DNA of 64,000 nucleotides, taken from positions 160,001 through 224,000 of the forward strand of contig CAWFKQ010000006.1 of NCBI GenBank assembly GCA_963816395.1. The letters are read 5' to 3'. The DNA is from an uncultured delta proteobacterium (lineage in GTDB: Bacteria > Desulfobacterota > Desulfuromonadia > Desulfuromonadales > JACZKF01). A program made the position numbers and the translations under genes. Each line of letters opens with the position of its first letter. Positions within the stretch are counted from its first letter, which is position 1. Below the pieces are notes generated by a model. That model saw nothing but the letters and a program-made list of their open reading frames with translations. It was not told the DNA's origin and made no database searches. This document shows positions 52,016 to 62,574 of this stretch, in pieces.

Positions 52016-52573
52016 GTGTTCGGCCGACTGGTCCTGCCGGCCGCGGCGATCCTCCTGGCAGCGGCCGCAGCTCTCGGAGCGGAGCAAACCGTTCCCACCC
52101 GCTACGGGTTCGGGGGCAATTGGGGGATGGCCTATGACCCGGATGCAGGTATCGATTTCGTCCAGGTGACCGGTTTCGCCCTCCTCGATTACGATGCCGT
52201 CTGGCCGCACCGGGCGCCGGCGGCCCTGCGCTTCAAGGTCGAGGGCAATGTGGGGGCGACCACGGCGCCTGGGACCCGGGCCATCGTCTCGGCCAACATG
52301 CTCGCCCTTTATTTTCTCGACGGTCTCCGCGGCAGGCTCTTTCGGCCCTACGCCGAGGCGGGGATCGGCCTGATTTACACCGATTTTCAGGTGAAAGGGC
52401 AGGGGCTGCGCCTCAATTTCAATCCCCAGGCGGGCATCGGCACCGAGATCGCTGCCGGGAGCGAAGACCCCTGGTTTGCCGCCTTGCGGCTGCATCATAT
52501 TTCCAACGGCGGGCTGAACAAGGACAACCGGGGGATCAATTCCGTGGTGTTTGCCTTCGGACGGTTTTTTTGA
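52016..52573 (+). CDS. PagL-like acyloxyacyl hydrolase / lipid A 3-O-deacylase beta-barrel
   Basis: Signal peptide; PYAEAGIG, NFNPQAGIG, catalytic HISNGG...N.GIN, C-terminal Phe. Confidence 0.82.
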   Translation: MFGRLVLPAAAILLAAAAALGAEQTVPTRYGFGGNWGMAYDPDAGIDFVQVTGFALLDYDAVWPHRAPAALRFKVEGNVGATTAPGTRAIVSANMLALYFLDGLRGRLFRPYAEAGIGLIYTDFQVKGQGLRLNFNPQAGIGTEIAAGSEDPWFAALRLHHISNGGLNKDNRGINSVVFAFGRFF

Positions 52574-53445
52574 ACCAAGTCCGTTTTTCCGGAGGTATGG
52601 ATCGAATCCCGATGGGCCTCGGAGTGGAAAACCCGGGCCACGAAAGTATCCCACGCCTGCCGATAGCCTTCGCCTCCCACCTCGAAGGCGTCGCTGTGCC
52701 CGGCGCCTTTGACCCGATACAGGGACTTGGGTTCTCCTGCCCGGGCAAACAGCCGCAGGGACATGTCGTTAGGGACGATCGGGTCCCGGTCCCCGTAGAA
52801 AATCAGCAGCGGTGTTTTCAGCCGCCCGATTTTATCCAGGTTGTCGAATACGTCGCCGATGTTCCACCAGCCGACCAGGGCGTAGGTCGCCGGCGCCGTT
52901 TTCCGGGCGATGTCCCGCAGGGAAGTGAAGGGGGACTCCAGAACCAGACCCGCCGGGGCGGTCTCGATGGCCAGTTGCAGAGCGACCGCCGCTCCCATGG
53001 AACGGCCGAAAAAAATCATTCGGCCGGGCGACCAGCCGCGTTCTCCGAGCCAGCCGAGAGCTCCCCTGGCGTCCTGGTACAGGTCCTTCTCGCCGGTAGC
53101 CTGCCCCTGGCTGGAACCAAAGCCCCGGTAGTCGAAGATGAAAACCGGAAAACCCAGTTGATGCAGGTAAACAATATTTTCCACCCGGTACGAAATATTG
53201 GCGGCATTGCCGTGGAAAAACAGAACCAGGGGTCTCTGTGCTTCTCCCGGGATCAGCCACCCGTGCAGCTGCACCCCATCGCTGCTGGGGAAAATGACAT
53301 CCTCGTAGGCAAGACCGCTCCGGTCGGGGGTGGAAACGATTTCACGGTCGGAAGAAAAAATAAACCGCATGCCGAAACTGCAACCTGAGAGACAAACAAG
53401 CAGCGTCAAGGCTCCCCAATAAAGGAGCCTCCTTACGGGCGCCAT
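52495..53445 (-). CDS. Alpha/beta hydrolase lipoprotein (ABHD12/13-like)
   Basis: Lipobox LSGC; FHGNAAN, DYRGFG.S.G, GRSMG, GDRD, GAGH; 3' end overlaps the PagL-like gene so the stop is uncertain. Confidence 0.85.
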   Translation of the reverse strand: MAPVRRLLYWGALTLLVCLSGCSFGMRFIFSSDREIVSTPDRSGLAYEDVIFPSSDGVQLHGWLIPGEAQRPLVLFFHGNAANISYRVENIVYLHQLGFPVFIFDYRGFGSSQGQATGEKDLYQDARGALGWLGERGWSPGRMIFFGRSMGAAVALQLAIETAPAGLVLESPFTSLRDIARKTAPATYALVGWWNIGDVFDNLDKIGRLKTPLLIFYGDRDPIVPNDMSLRLFARAGEPKSLYRVKGAGHSDAFEVGGEGYRQAWDTFVARVFHSEAHRDSIHTSGKTDLVQKNRPKANTTELIPRLSLFSPPLEI

Positions 53446-53687
53446 GGATCCCCGGCAAAGCGGAATTCCGGTGTGAGCAAATTGGGCGGAGGGTGCCTGC
53501 TGGGGCCGCGACATGCCTGCGATCTTTCGGTTGAGGGCGGCAGGAAGCGTTCCTGCCGCCGGGTCCTAGGAAAATTATAAGTGATTATCGGGCGATCGCA
53601 AAAATTCTTAATCCTTTTGCGCTTGCAGGAGGCTCGCGGATAAGGTCGCATCCGTTGGCGGCTAGCCAGGCGGCGATGGGAATCCTT

Positions 53688-54512
53688 TTACCGGCGCACC
53701 TGCGACAGAAAGTTCTGCCATGCCGTCCAGTAAGCCGCATCGCCAGCCTGATAGACATCGTCGTGCCCGGCTTCGGTCACCAGGTACAGACGTTTTGGCT
53801 CGGGCGCGAGGGAAAAAAGTGTCTGCCCCATGGAGGGCGGAACGATGGCATCGCGCTGGCCATGGAAGATCATCAAAGGCGACTTGAGTTCGCTGATTTT
53901 CGAACGATTGTTGTAAAATGGCGGAAATGCCCAGGGCAGGGCGGCAAACAGCCAGGGATGATGGTGCCGTATGAGATCGGGGATCGAAGTAAACGGGCTC
54001 TCCAGCACCACTCCGGCAGGCGGCTTTTCGAGCGCCAGCTGCAAGGCAACGGCGGCGCCCATGGAGTGGCCATAATAGACGATCCGGTCGCGGGTCCATC
54101 CGTTCCGGAGCAGAAAGTTCAAGGCCCCTCTGGCGTCCTGATAAGTCCCGGCTTCCGTCGGCTGGCCTTGGCTGCGGCCGAAACCGCGGTAATCGAAAAC
54201 GAAGATGCCGACATCGAGATGCTTGAACTGTTTCAGGAAATGGGTCAGGTGGGACAGATTGGTCGCTGTGCCGTGGAAATATAGAATGATTTGCCGGTCG
54301 TCGGCACCGGGCAGATACCAGCCGTAGAGTTCTGGACCGTCGCCGGCGGGGAAAGAAATTTCATGGAAGGCAAGGTCATTAACTTCTGAAGAATATTTCA
54401 GGTCCCGATCGGTCGTGAAGAGATAATGCTCCGGCATGGAGCAGCTGCAGGCAAGAAGGATCAGCAAGAAAAGGGCGATACGCAGTGCGGTCCTTTTGGT
54501 GACAAGTGGCAT
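53688..54512 (-). CDS. Alpha/beta hydrolase lipoprotein, paralogue of the adjacent gene
   Basis: LACSC; FHGTATN, DYRGFG.S.G, GHSMG, GQRD, EAGH. Confidence 0.85.
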   Translation of the reverse strand: MPLVTKRTALRIALFLLILLACSCSMPEHYLFTTDRDLKYSSEVNDLAFHEISFPAGDGPELYGWYLPGADDRQIILYFHGTATNLSHLTHFLKQFKHLDVGIFVFDYRGFGRSQGQPTEAGTYQDARGALNFLLRNGWTRDRIVYYGHSMGAAVALQLALEKPPAGVVLESPFTSIPDLIRHHHPWLFAALPWAFPPFYNNRSKISELKSPLMIFHGQRDAIVPPSMGQTLFSLAPEPKRLYLVTEAGHDDVYQAGDAAYWTAWQNFLSQVRR

Positions 54513-54720
54513 GTCCCCGCTGCCTTTCGCAACCATACCCAGCCCCGGTTCGGTAACAATCTTACCAACCGAAATCCAGATTTCTGAGAAAAATTTTACA
54601 TTCGAAAAAAGACCGATCCTGCAAGCATCCTTCGCCAGGCATCTTCCCTGTCCGCGCGGCCTTCGGTTGACAGCGGAAAAAACCCGGCTAGCTTTGATGA
54701 AAATGGTCAGCGGAGCGCGT

Positions 54721-55152
54721 ATGGAACAGATGGAAAGGGAACCGGAGGTGATGGCCGCCGATTTTCTGGTGGGGGAGCGGGTGGTCGATCCGCTGGGGGC
54801 GGACCTGGGCAAGATCGAGGAGTTGATGATCGATATGCAGGCCGGGAGAGTCAGTTATGCGGTGCTCTCTTTCGGCGGCATTTTCGGGCTGGGTGAGAAG
54901 TTTTTCGCCATTCCCTGGCGGTTGCTGCAGCCGGATCCGGTCAACCGCCGGTTTGTTCTGGCGATCGACAGAGAGCGGCTGAAGAATGCCCCTGGTTTCG
55001 ATCGGCACAGCTGGCCGGCAATGGGAGACCGGGGATGGGGGCGCCGGATCCATCGCTTCTACGATCAGACGCCTTACTGGGAGGAGCTTGAGCGGGCCGG
55101 TTTCCTTGGCGGGGAGGGGGCGGAGATTGCGCACAAACCGCAGCAGGAATAA
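54721..55152 (+). CDS. PRC-barrel domain protein
   Basis: LGKIEELMID..GRVSYAVLSFGGIFGLGEKFFAIPW...LKNAPGFD. Confidence 0.88.
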   Translation: MEQMEREPEVMAADFLVGERVVDPLGADLGKIEELMIDMQAGRVSYAVLSFGGIFGLGEKFFAIPWRLLQPDPVNRRFVLAIDRERLKNAPGFDRHSWPAMGDRGWGRRIHRFYDQTPYWEELERAGFLGGEGAEIAHKPQQE

Positions 55153-55271
55153 CTGAATTTTCTCTTGCCGATATCGGCTGATCTCCTAAAAATTTGACAG
55201 ACCTCTCGGATGTGTTATGAGGAATCTTAAACAAAAGATTCTTCCTATTCACTAAGCGGAGGAAAAAAATT

Positions 55272-55613
55272 ATGCTCAAATGGCAACGAATTTTCGGCTA
55301 TGGAATCTGTATCCTATACCTTGTGGCTCTGGCCGCATGCGCCGGTTCAGCGACCAGTCGGAGCACCGGTACCGATGGCAGGTGATGAGTGGGTCACGGC
55401 CAAAGTTAAAGCGAACCTCACAGGTGATGAGACCACTAAGGCCCGCGACATCAATGTCGATATTTTCCGGGGTACGGTGCAGCTCAGCGGTTTCGTGGAC
55501 ACCAACAGGAGAAGCAGCGGGCTACCGAACTGGCTCAGAGCGTGGAAGGGGTCAAAAAGGTGGTAAACAACCTGGTTGTCAAACAGCCGAAAACGCAAAC
55601 AGAGAGGAAGTAG
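55272..55613 (+). CDS. BON-domain (OsmY-like) lipoprotein; two frameshifts
   Basis: Lipobox LAAC; DEWVTAKVK...INVD...GTVQLSGFV...VEGVKKVVNNL across frames. Confidence 0.8.
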
Positions 55614-55635
55614 CTTCCCCATTGATGAGAAGCCG

Positions 55636-55665
55636 AACCCCCGCCTGTTGGCGGGGTTTTCTTTT
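55636..55665. terminator. Bidirectional terminator
   Basis: ccccgcc-tgtt-ggcgggg stem with flanking A/T runs between convergent genes. Confidence 0.7.
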
Positions 55666-55692
55666 GCACCGGGGCCCGCGCCCTGTCCAGTG

Positions 55693-56344
55693 TCACTTGG
55701 TCTTTTCTCTGTTGCTTCCAGCTCGATAACGCCGCAGGCCACCGGCGCCCCCGAATTTCCTGCCGGCGGCGAACTCAGGTCGTCGGCTCCGGAGGTTATC
55801 ACCACCGCCTTATTGACGATCGACTGCGGACCATCGAGCCGGATGAGATGGTCGAGCCGCTTGTAATGGCCCGTACCCCCTTCCTGCCCGGCCTCAATGT
55901 TGCCGAGGTCTCCGAGGTAACGCTGGGCGGGGGGATTGCCGGGCGCACCATGCGGACTTCCGGAGGGGTTGTAAATGCCGCCAGCCGAACCCGCATCCGG
56001 GGCGCTGCAGTCCCCTTTCTCGTGGATATGGAATCCGTGCTTGCCGGGCGACAACCCCTGCAGGTCGGCCACGATTTCCACCCCTCCGGTTTTCGGGTGA
56101 ACCTGACCGTCCCGTGGACTGCCTGCCCTGGCGTCGATTGCAGACGGGCAATCGCCACTTCCGGAGTTTCGGCGGTGCTTTTGCTCCCGGTCGGCGCCTG
56201 TGCCGCTTCTTTCGGTTCCCCTCCCTGCTTGGCGGCCGGTTTGCCGATTTCCTCCGGAGTTTTCTGCGTTTCCCGGTTTTCGCAGGCGGAGAAGGTGAAG
56301 GCTGCGGCGATGAGCAGGAAGGCGATGGCCAGAGGACGAATCAT
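55693..56344 (-). CDS. Cu/Zn superoxide dismutase-like lipoprotein with substituted metal ligands; frameshifted
   Basis: Lipobox FSAC; HGFHIHEKGDC, GDLGNI, GADD, ACGVI. Confidence 0.82.
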
Positions 56345-56479
56345 CTGTTTCCCCCAGATGGTCGAGGTGGATTATGATTTACTTATATATTTGTGGTACA
56401 TGATGTCAAACCGCAGGCAATCGCACCACTGCCGCCATCTCGCTGGTGGAATGCGGTCTGACGGAGGAGGAGAGGGCCG

Positions 56480-57227
56480 GTGAAGAATACGGAAATCCTG
56501 GAAATCAAAACCACTTCACGATCGCCGACGGGTTTTCCGCGATCGTGCCGAAGCAGGGAGGGCACTGGCCGGCCTGATGCGAAGCCGGCGGGAGGAGAGG
56601 ACGCTGGTGCTGGCGGTGCCGGCCGGCGGCGTGCCGGTGGCGGCTTCCCTGGCAGAGGCGCTCGGGATAGAAATGGATGTGGCGGTGGTGAGCAAGATCA
56701 CTCTTCCGTGGAACACCGAGGCCGGTTACGGGGCGGTCGCCTTCGATGGCAGCGTGCACCTGAAGGAGTCGCTGCTTCCTTCACTGGGGCTGACGGAGGC
56801 GGAGATAGCCCGTGGCATCGAACAAACCCGGGAGAAGGTGCGGCGGCGCCAGCAACTGTTCCGCGGAGAGCGGCCCTTGCCGCCGATCGCCGGACGACTG
56901 GTTATCCTGGTCGATGACGGGCTGGCGTCGGGGGTGACCATGCGGGCGGCGGTAGCGGCGCTGCGCGGCCAGGGGGCGGGTCGCCTGATCGTGGCGGTCC
57001 CCACGGGTCATGAGGCGGCGGTTGCGGCTATGGCGGCGGAGGTGGATGCGGTGTGCTGCGCCAACATCCGCAGCGGCTGGCGTTTCGCCGTGGCGGAGGC
57101 CTATGAAACCTGGACCGATGTCAGTGAGGAGGAAGCTCTTGAAATCCTGACGAGAATGCGGGAATACGGAGCCGGCAGACCCGCAAGCCGACAGCTGAGA
57201 AACGCCGTGTTGGAAAGAGGTCACTGA
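56480..57227 (+). CDS. Phosphoribosyltransferase-family protein; frameshift near the N-terminus
   Basis: LAVPAGGVPVA, ILVDDGLASGVT, VAVPTG. Confidence 0.85.
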
Positions 57228-58668
57228 TTCTCTCCGAGTCCCTCTTCCATCTCGGCCATCAAGCGGCTGCGCAGTTCATGGATGCCCCGGCTCATCGAGA
57301 CCTTGTAGAGATGAGGATTGAAAAGCCGCAGCGATCCTTCCGGCAACCTTTTCAGCTGCTCGGCGCAGCGCTCGGATGCCGCCTCCAGGGAAAGGAGGGG
57401 GGCGCATACCCGGCCGCCGTCCATGACCACCTGGCGCACTTCCTCGAAAGCTGACGGGGACGGGATTGCCTTGTGGCGGGAGGGATTGGTGGGATCGTAG
57501 ACGGTATCGCCGGCAGAGACGGTTTCCCCGTCCAGCGTCATGACATCCATGGCGAACCGGCCGCTGCCGCCAAGCACCCGCAGCAGGCGCTTGCGGTCGG
57601 GGAGCGTCGCCTTGCCCAGGTCGCTGGTGATTTTCAACTTCGGCCGCTCATTGAACCGCACCAGCTTGTAGACCCCGCCCAAGTGCGCCGCCTCCCTCGC
57701 CGGCGCCGGTGGCCAGCTTCGTCCCGACGCCGTAAATATCCACCTTCCCCCCCTCGCTGCGCACCGAGTAGATGATGTATTCGTCGAGTTCGTTGGAGGC
57801 GACGATTTTTACGCCCGGGAAACCCGCCTCATCGAGCAATCGCCGAGCCTCCTTGCTCAGGTAGGCGATATCCCCCGAATCGAGGCGAATGCCCCTGAGT
57901 TCATAGCCCCGCGCGCGCAGTTCGCCGGCGACGGTGATGGCGTTGGGCAGGCCGCTCTTGAGGGTATCATAGGTATCCACCAGCAGTATGGCGTTGTCGG
58001 GAAAGCATTCGGCATAGGCGCGGAAAGCCGTGAGTTCGTCCGGAAAGGCCATGACCCAGCTGTGGGCATGCGTTCCCTTTACCGACAGTCCGAAGAGCAT
58101 GCCGGCCAGCACGTTGCTGGTGCTGCGCACGCCGCCGATGCTGGCGGCGCGCGCCTCGCTCACCCCGCCGTCCGGTCCCTGGGCCCGGCGCAGGCCGAAT
58201 TCGAGGACCGTTCCGTCGCCGGCGGCCGTGGTCAGGCGGGCCGCCTTGGTGGCGATCAGGGTCTGGAAATTGATGATATTGAGCAGGGCGGTTTCCACGA
58301 ACTGGGCCTCGGCCAGGCTCCCCTCCACAGTGAGCAGCGGTTCGTTGGCGAAAACCACCGTCCCTTCCGGCGGCGCGATAATCCGTCCACGGAACCGAAA
58401 TTTCCGCAAAAATTCAAGAAAATGCAGGCTGAAAAATCTTCAGGCTGGCCAGATAGGCGAGCTCCGCTTCGGTGAAGCGCAAACCTTCCAGATATCGCAG
58501 AGCCGGTTCCAGGCCGGCAAAAACGGCATAGCTGCCGTGGAATGGATTCGTCCGGAAATAGAGGTCGAAGACCGCTGGGGTTTCCTGCATCCCCTCGTCG
58601 AGATAGCCGGCGAGCATCGTCAGTTCATACAGATCGGTGAGCAGGGCGGAATATCGTAATCGTTCCAT
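57221..58668 (-). CDS. pncB: Nicotinate phosphoribosyltransferase; two frameshifts
   Basis: [44 protein letters not shown]. Confidence 0.93.
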
Positions 58669-58690
58669 CGGCAGGCCTCAAAAATGTCAA

Positions 58691-58800
58691 TCTCAACGCA
58701 AAGTCGCAAAGTTGAGAATAAAGGCGCAAATGACTTCAAAAAAGAATTTTAGCTCCCTTCTTTGCGTCTTGCATGCATCCTTGGCACCTTTGCGTTAAAT
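58691..58800. repeat. Degenerate octamer (cgcaaagN) inverted-repeat element
   Basis: aacgcaaagtcgcaaag ... ttttagct ... ctttgcgtctt ... cctttgcgtt. Confidence 0.6.
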
Positions 58801-58819
58801 GTTTTTCCCGATCTGCCTT

Positions 58820-59654
58820 TTAGTCGGCCAGTTCCCGCTCGATGCTGGCGAGCCCTTCGACCGCCCCGCAGGGGAGGGAGAGGTGGGGCGCGGCGATATG
58901 CGCCTCGCGGGGATTGATGCGGATGACCGTGGCCCGGGGCAATCGCCCAAGCCGCTCGCTGAGGTAACGGATGGTAGGGATGGCCGAGCCGGCACCGATC
59001 TCCACCACGGCCAGCGGCTTGCCGCCGGTGCGCCTCCAGAAAGGTCTCGAAGCGCTCCTCCTGAAGGGCGCTGCGATCGCCGATCCAGGAGTAATCGCCG
59101 AACATCAGGATATTGGGGCGGGCCACGGCGCCGCAATGGGGGCAGCGGGGCAGGTGTTGCGCCCGCATCGTGGTGAAATCGACCGGGATTTCCTCGCAGT
59201 TGTCCCAGATCGCCAGCCGGCAGGGCTTCAGGCACTGCAGGTGGTGGATCGAGCCGTGCACCTCGACGACGCCGCTCCTCGGCGAAGCCGGCTTTCTGGA
59301 ACTGACCGTCGACATTGCTGGTGACCACGAAGTGGTCGAGGCCGAGGCGCTCGATCCAGGAGAGCAGCAGGCGGAAGCCGAGGTGCGGTATGGTGGCCCG
59401 ATAGAGATTGGTGCGGTGGCCGTAAAAGCCCCAGCCGAAGGCCGGGTCCCTCTCGAAGTGGGCGGGATTGGCGGCGCTTACGAAATCGATGCCGAGCCGC
59501 CGGTACATCGGATAGGCGGTCCAGAACCCCTGATCGCCGCGGAAATCGGGGAGTCCGGAATCAACCCCCATCCCCGCCCCGGCGGTGATGACCAGCGCCC
59601 GCGACTGCCGGAGGGCCTGCGGCGGCCTCTGCAGAATCTTTCATCCAGTTCCAT
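58820..59654 (-). CDS. Sir2-family NAD-dependent deacylase; about 3 frameshifts
   Basis: AGAGMGVDSGLPDFRG, TSNVDG, HGS, CxxC...CPHC, RPNILMFGD, EIGAG, RINP. Confidence 0.88.
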
Positions 59655-59719
59655 GACGCTTTACCTGCAGGAGTAGATTCCTCGGTTTCATTCCTCGCCG
59701 AAGAGCCGAAACAGACCTA

Positions 59720-60202
59720 TTATATCCCCACCCGCACCAGTGTGGGCCGCAGCAGCCTTACGACTTCTCGGGGCGCGATGTCGACCAGAAAGCCCCGCCG
59801 GCCGCCGTTGATGTAGATGTGCGGCAGGTCGAGGATGGTCTCCTCCATGTATACCGGCATGGGACGGCGGGTGGCGAAAGGGGAGGTGCCGCCGACCAGG
59901 TATCCCGAGTGGCGGTTGGCGGCCTCCGGAGGGCAGGGGGTGACGCTCTTCACTCCGATGAGGCGGGCCAGTTCCTTGGTCGAAACCTGGAGGTCACCGT
60001 GCATCAGGACGATCAGCGGGTTTTTCCCCTCGTCCTCCATGATCAGGGTCTTCACCACCTGGTGTTCCTCCACCCCGAGCTCGCGGGCGGAGACGGTGGT
60101 CCCCCCCTTCTCCTCATAACGATAGAAATGCGGAGTGAAAGCGACCTGCTGTTCGCGCAGCAGGCGGATGGCCGGGGTAACGGGGGTCTTATCTTTGCCC
60201 AT
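59720..60202 (-). CDS. ybaK: Cys-tRNA(Pro) deacylase
   Basis: TPAIRLL, VVKTL, GYLVGGTSPF, INGGRRG. Confidence 0.9.
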   Translation of the reverse strand: MGKDKTPVTPAIRLLREQQVAFTPHFYRYEEKGGTTVSARELGVEEHQVVKTLIMEDEGKNPLIVLMHGDLQVSTKELARLIGVKSVTPCPPEAANRHSGYLVGGTSPFATRRPMPVYMEETILDLPHIYINGGRRGFLVDIAPREVVRLLRPTLVRVGI

Positions 60203-60214
60203 CGGCTTTCCTTC

Positions 60215-61013
60215 TCAGCTGCCGAACCAGGAGGCGACCAGCATGACCAGGCTGGCGGCGACGGCGCCGGTGCTGAGCAGGCCGAGAAGGTTGAACAGGG
60301 GATCGGTCCGGCGCAGCAGCGCACCGCGGATGGGCAGAATCAGGCCGAGAATGATGCCGCCCACCGCACCGCCCAGGTGGCCGGCATTGTCGGCGCCGAC
60401 CAGCAGGCCGAAAATGAAAGCGTAGGCGGCCCACTGCAGCATGAAGTTGCGGCGGTGAATGGCCACCGGATCGCCCATCCGGTGGTAGAAGGCGGCGGCG
60501 AAGCCGATCAGCCCGAACAGGGCGCCGGAGGCCCCCACTACCGGCACCAGGGGGTGCCAGAACCAGCCGGCGACGGTGGCGGTCAAGGCGGTAAAGACGT
60601 AAAGGAAGAGGAAACGGGCCTTGCCGATCTCGAATTCGACCAGGGGACCGACCTGGTACAGGACAACCATGTTGAAGGCGAGGTGAATGATGCCGCCATG
60701 GGTGAAGGCATAGGTCAGGCATCGCCACCACTGCCCCTCGCCCGAGGACCAGTGGCCAGTATTGGGCGCCGGCATGGACCAGCAGGGCGGTATCGGGATT
60801 CAGCAGCGGCGACAGACCACGACCGGCGGCGCTCCCCTGCAGAACCATGGCGGTGAAGAAGACCAGGTTGAGCAGAATAAGCCCATGGGTGACTGAATAC
60901 CCGGCCCGCCCGGGCCGGCGCAGACCTTCCATCGTTTCCCGCAACTGCCGCTGCCAGCGCACCCGCCGCCAGTTCCAGCGCGAGGCGCTGAACCTTTTCT
61001 CATTCACCATCAT
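60215..61013 (-). CDS. Rhomboid-family intramembrane serine protease; frameshift near 60750
   Basis: WWR.LT..F.HGGIIHLAFNM, VGASG, DNAGHLGG. Confidence 0.9.
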
Positions 61014-61207
61014 CTCCGTTGCAGCAACCAGCTCAGGGATACCTTGCAGGCAAAAATCTTCGGGAACCTGCTAGAGATTAGCACAAGGAGAGTCGATATG
61101 GGTAATCTTATTGAGGATTTGCGAAAGGCCAGCGGAAAGGCTATACTTTTTTCCCGCGGGCGGCGGCGGCCGTCGGCATTTTCACATTTCTCAGCGGGAG
61201 GAGAACA

Positions 61208-62574
61208 ATGGCACTGGAATCGATCAATCCGGCAACCGGCGAACTCATGGAAGCTTACAGTGAATGGTCGCCGGCGCGGACCCGGGAAGTCATCGCCGAG
61301 GTGCATAATGCCTGGCTGGGATGGCGAGAGACAGCGTTTGCCGAACGGACGACGCGCATGCGCCAGGCCGCCGAGATTTTACGCCGTAACCGTGACGAAT
61401 ACGCCCGGATCATGGCGCAGGAAATGGGGAAGCCGATCGCCGACGGCCGGGCCGAAGCGGAGAAGTGCGCCTGGGTGTGCGATTATTACGCCGAGAACGC
61501 CGAGCGCTTTCTGGCCCCTGAGCCGGCGCAAAGCGACGGCTCCAAGGCCTACGTCGCCTTCCGCCCGCTCGGTACCGTGCTGGCGGTCATGCCCTGGAAC
61601 TTCCCCTTCTGGCAGGTATTCCGCTTCGCTGCTCCGGCGCTGATGGCCGGCAATACCGGGGTGCTGAAACATTCCTCCAACGTGCCCCGGTGCGCCCTGG
61701 CCATCGAGGAGGTTTTCACGGCGCGCGGGTTTCCCGGAAAACGTCTTCCGTACGCTGATGATCGGCTCGCGGCAGGTCGATGCGGTGATCGAAAACGATC
61801 TGGTCCAGGCGGTCACTCTGACCGGCAGCGATGTCGCCGGCCGCCAGGTGGCGGCCAAGGCCGGGCAGATGCTGAAAAAGACGGTGCTGGAGCTCGGCGG
61901 CAGCGATCCCTTCATCGTCCTTGCCGATGCCGACCTGGACGAGGCGGCGAAAATCGGGGCCAAGGCCCGCTGCATCAATTCCGGGCAGAGCTGTATCGCC
62001 GCCAAGCGCTTCATCGTCGTCGACGCGATCTATGACGTATGGCTGGACAAGTTTCAGGCGGCGATGGAGGCGTTGGTCATCGGCGATCCTCTGGACGAGC
62101 AGACCCAGGTCGGTCCCCAGGCCCGGGAAGATCTGATGCTGGAACTGCACGGGCAGGTGGAAACTTCGGTGGGGAAGGGGGCGCAGGCTGCTCCTCGGCG
62201 GCCAGCCGCTGGATCGCCCGGGCTACTTCTATCCGCCAACCATCCTGACCGGGGTCAAGCCGGGGATGCCGGCTTACGACCAGGAACTCTTCGGGCCGGT
62301 CGCCTCGGTGATCCGGGTGAAAGATGCCGAAGAAGCGGTGGCGGTGGCCAATGCCTCCCCCTTCGGTCTCGGCGGCTCGGTCTGGACCCGCGATACGGCG
62401 CAAGGGGAAGAGATCGCCGGCCGCATCGAGGCCGGCGCGGTCTTCGTCAACGGTATCGTCAAGAGCGATCCCCGGCTTCCTTTCGGCGGCGTGAAGATCT
62501 CCGGCTACGGCCGCGAACTCTCCCATTACGGGATCAAGGAGTTCGTTAATATCCAGACGATCTGGGTGAAGTAG
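61208..62574 (+). CDS. NAD(P)-dependent succinate-semialdehyde dehydrogenase-like aldehyde dehydrogenase; two frameshifts
   Basis: MPWNFPFWQ, LTGS, ELGGSD, NSGQSC, ELFGP, PFGGVK.SGYGRE. Confidence 0.9.

Noticed and set aside
53520..53685. Possible cyclic-dinucleotide (GEMM) riboswitch in the spacer between the hydrolases
   Set aside because: Only a vague 3' resemblance; the GNRA/receptor and GCAAA core were not found
58820..59654. Sir2-based anti-phage defence system
   Set aside because: Stand-alone zinc-binding sirtuin with housekeeping neighbours; no Thoeris, DSR, HerA or pAgo partner
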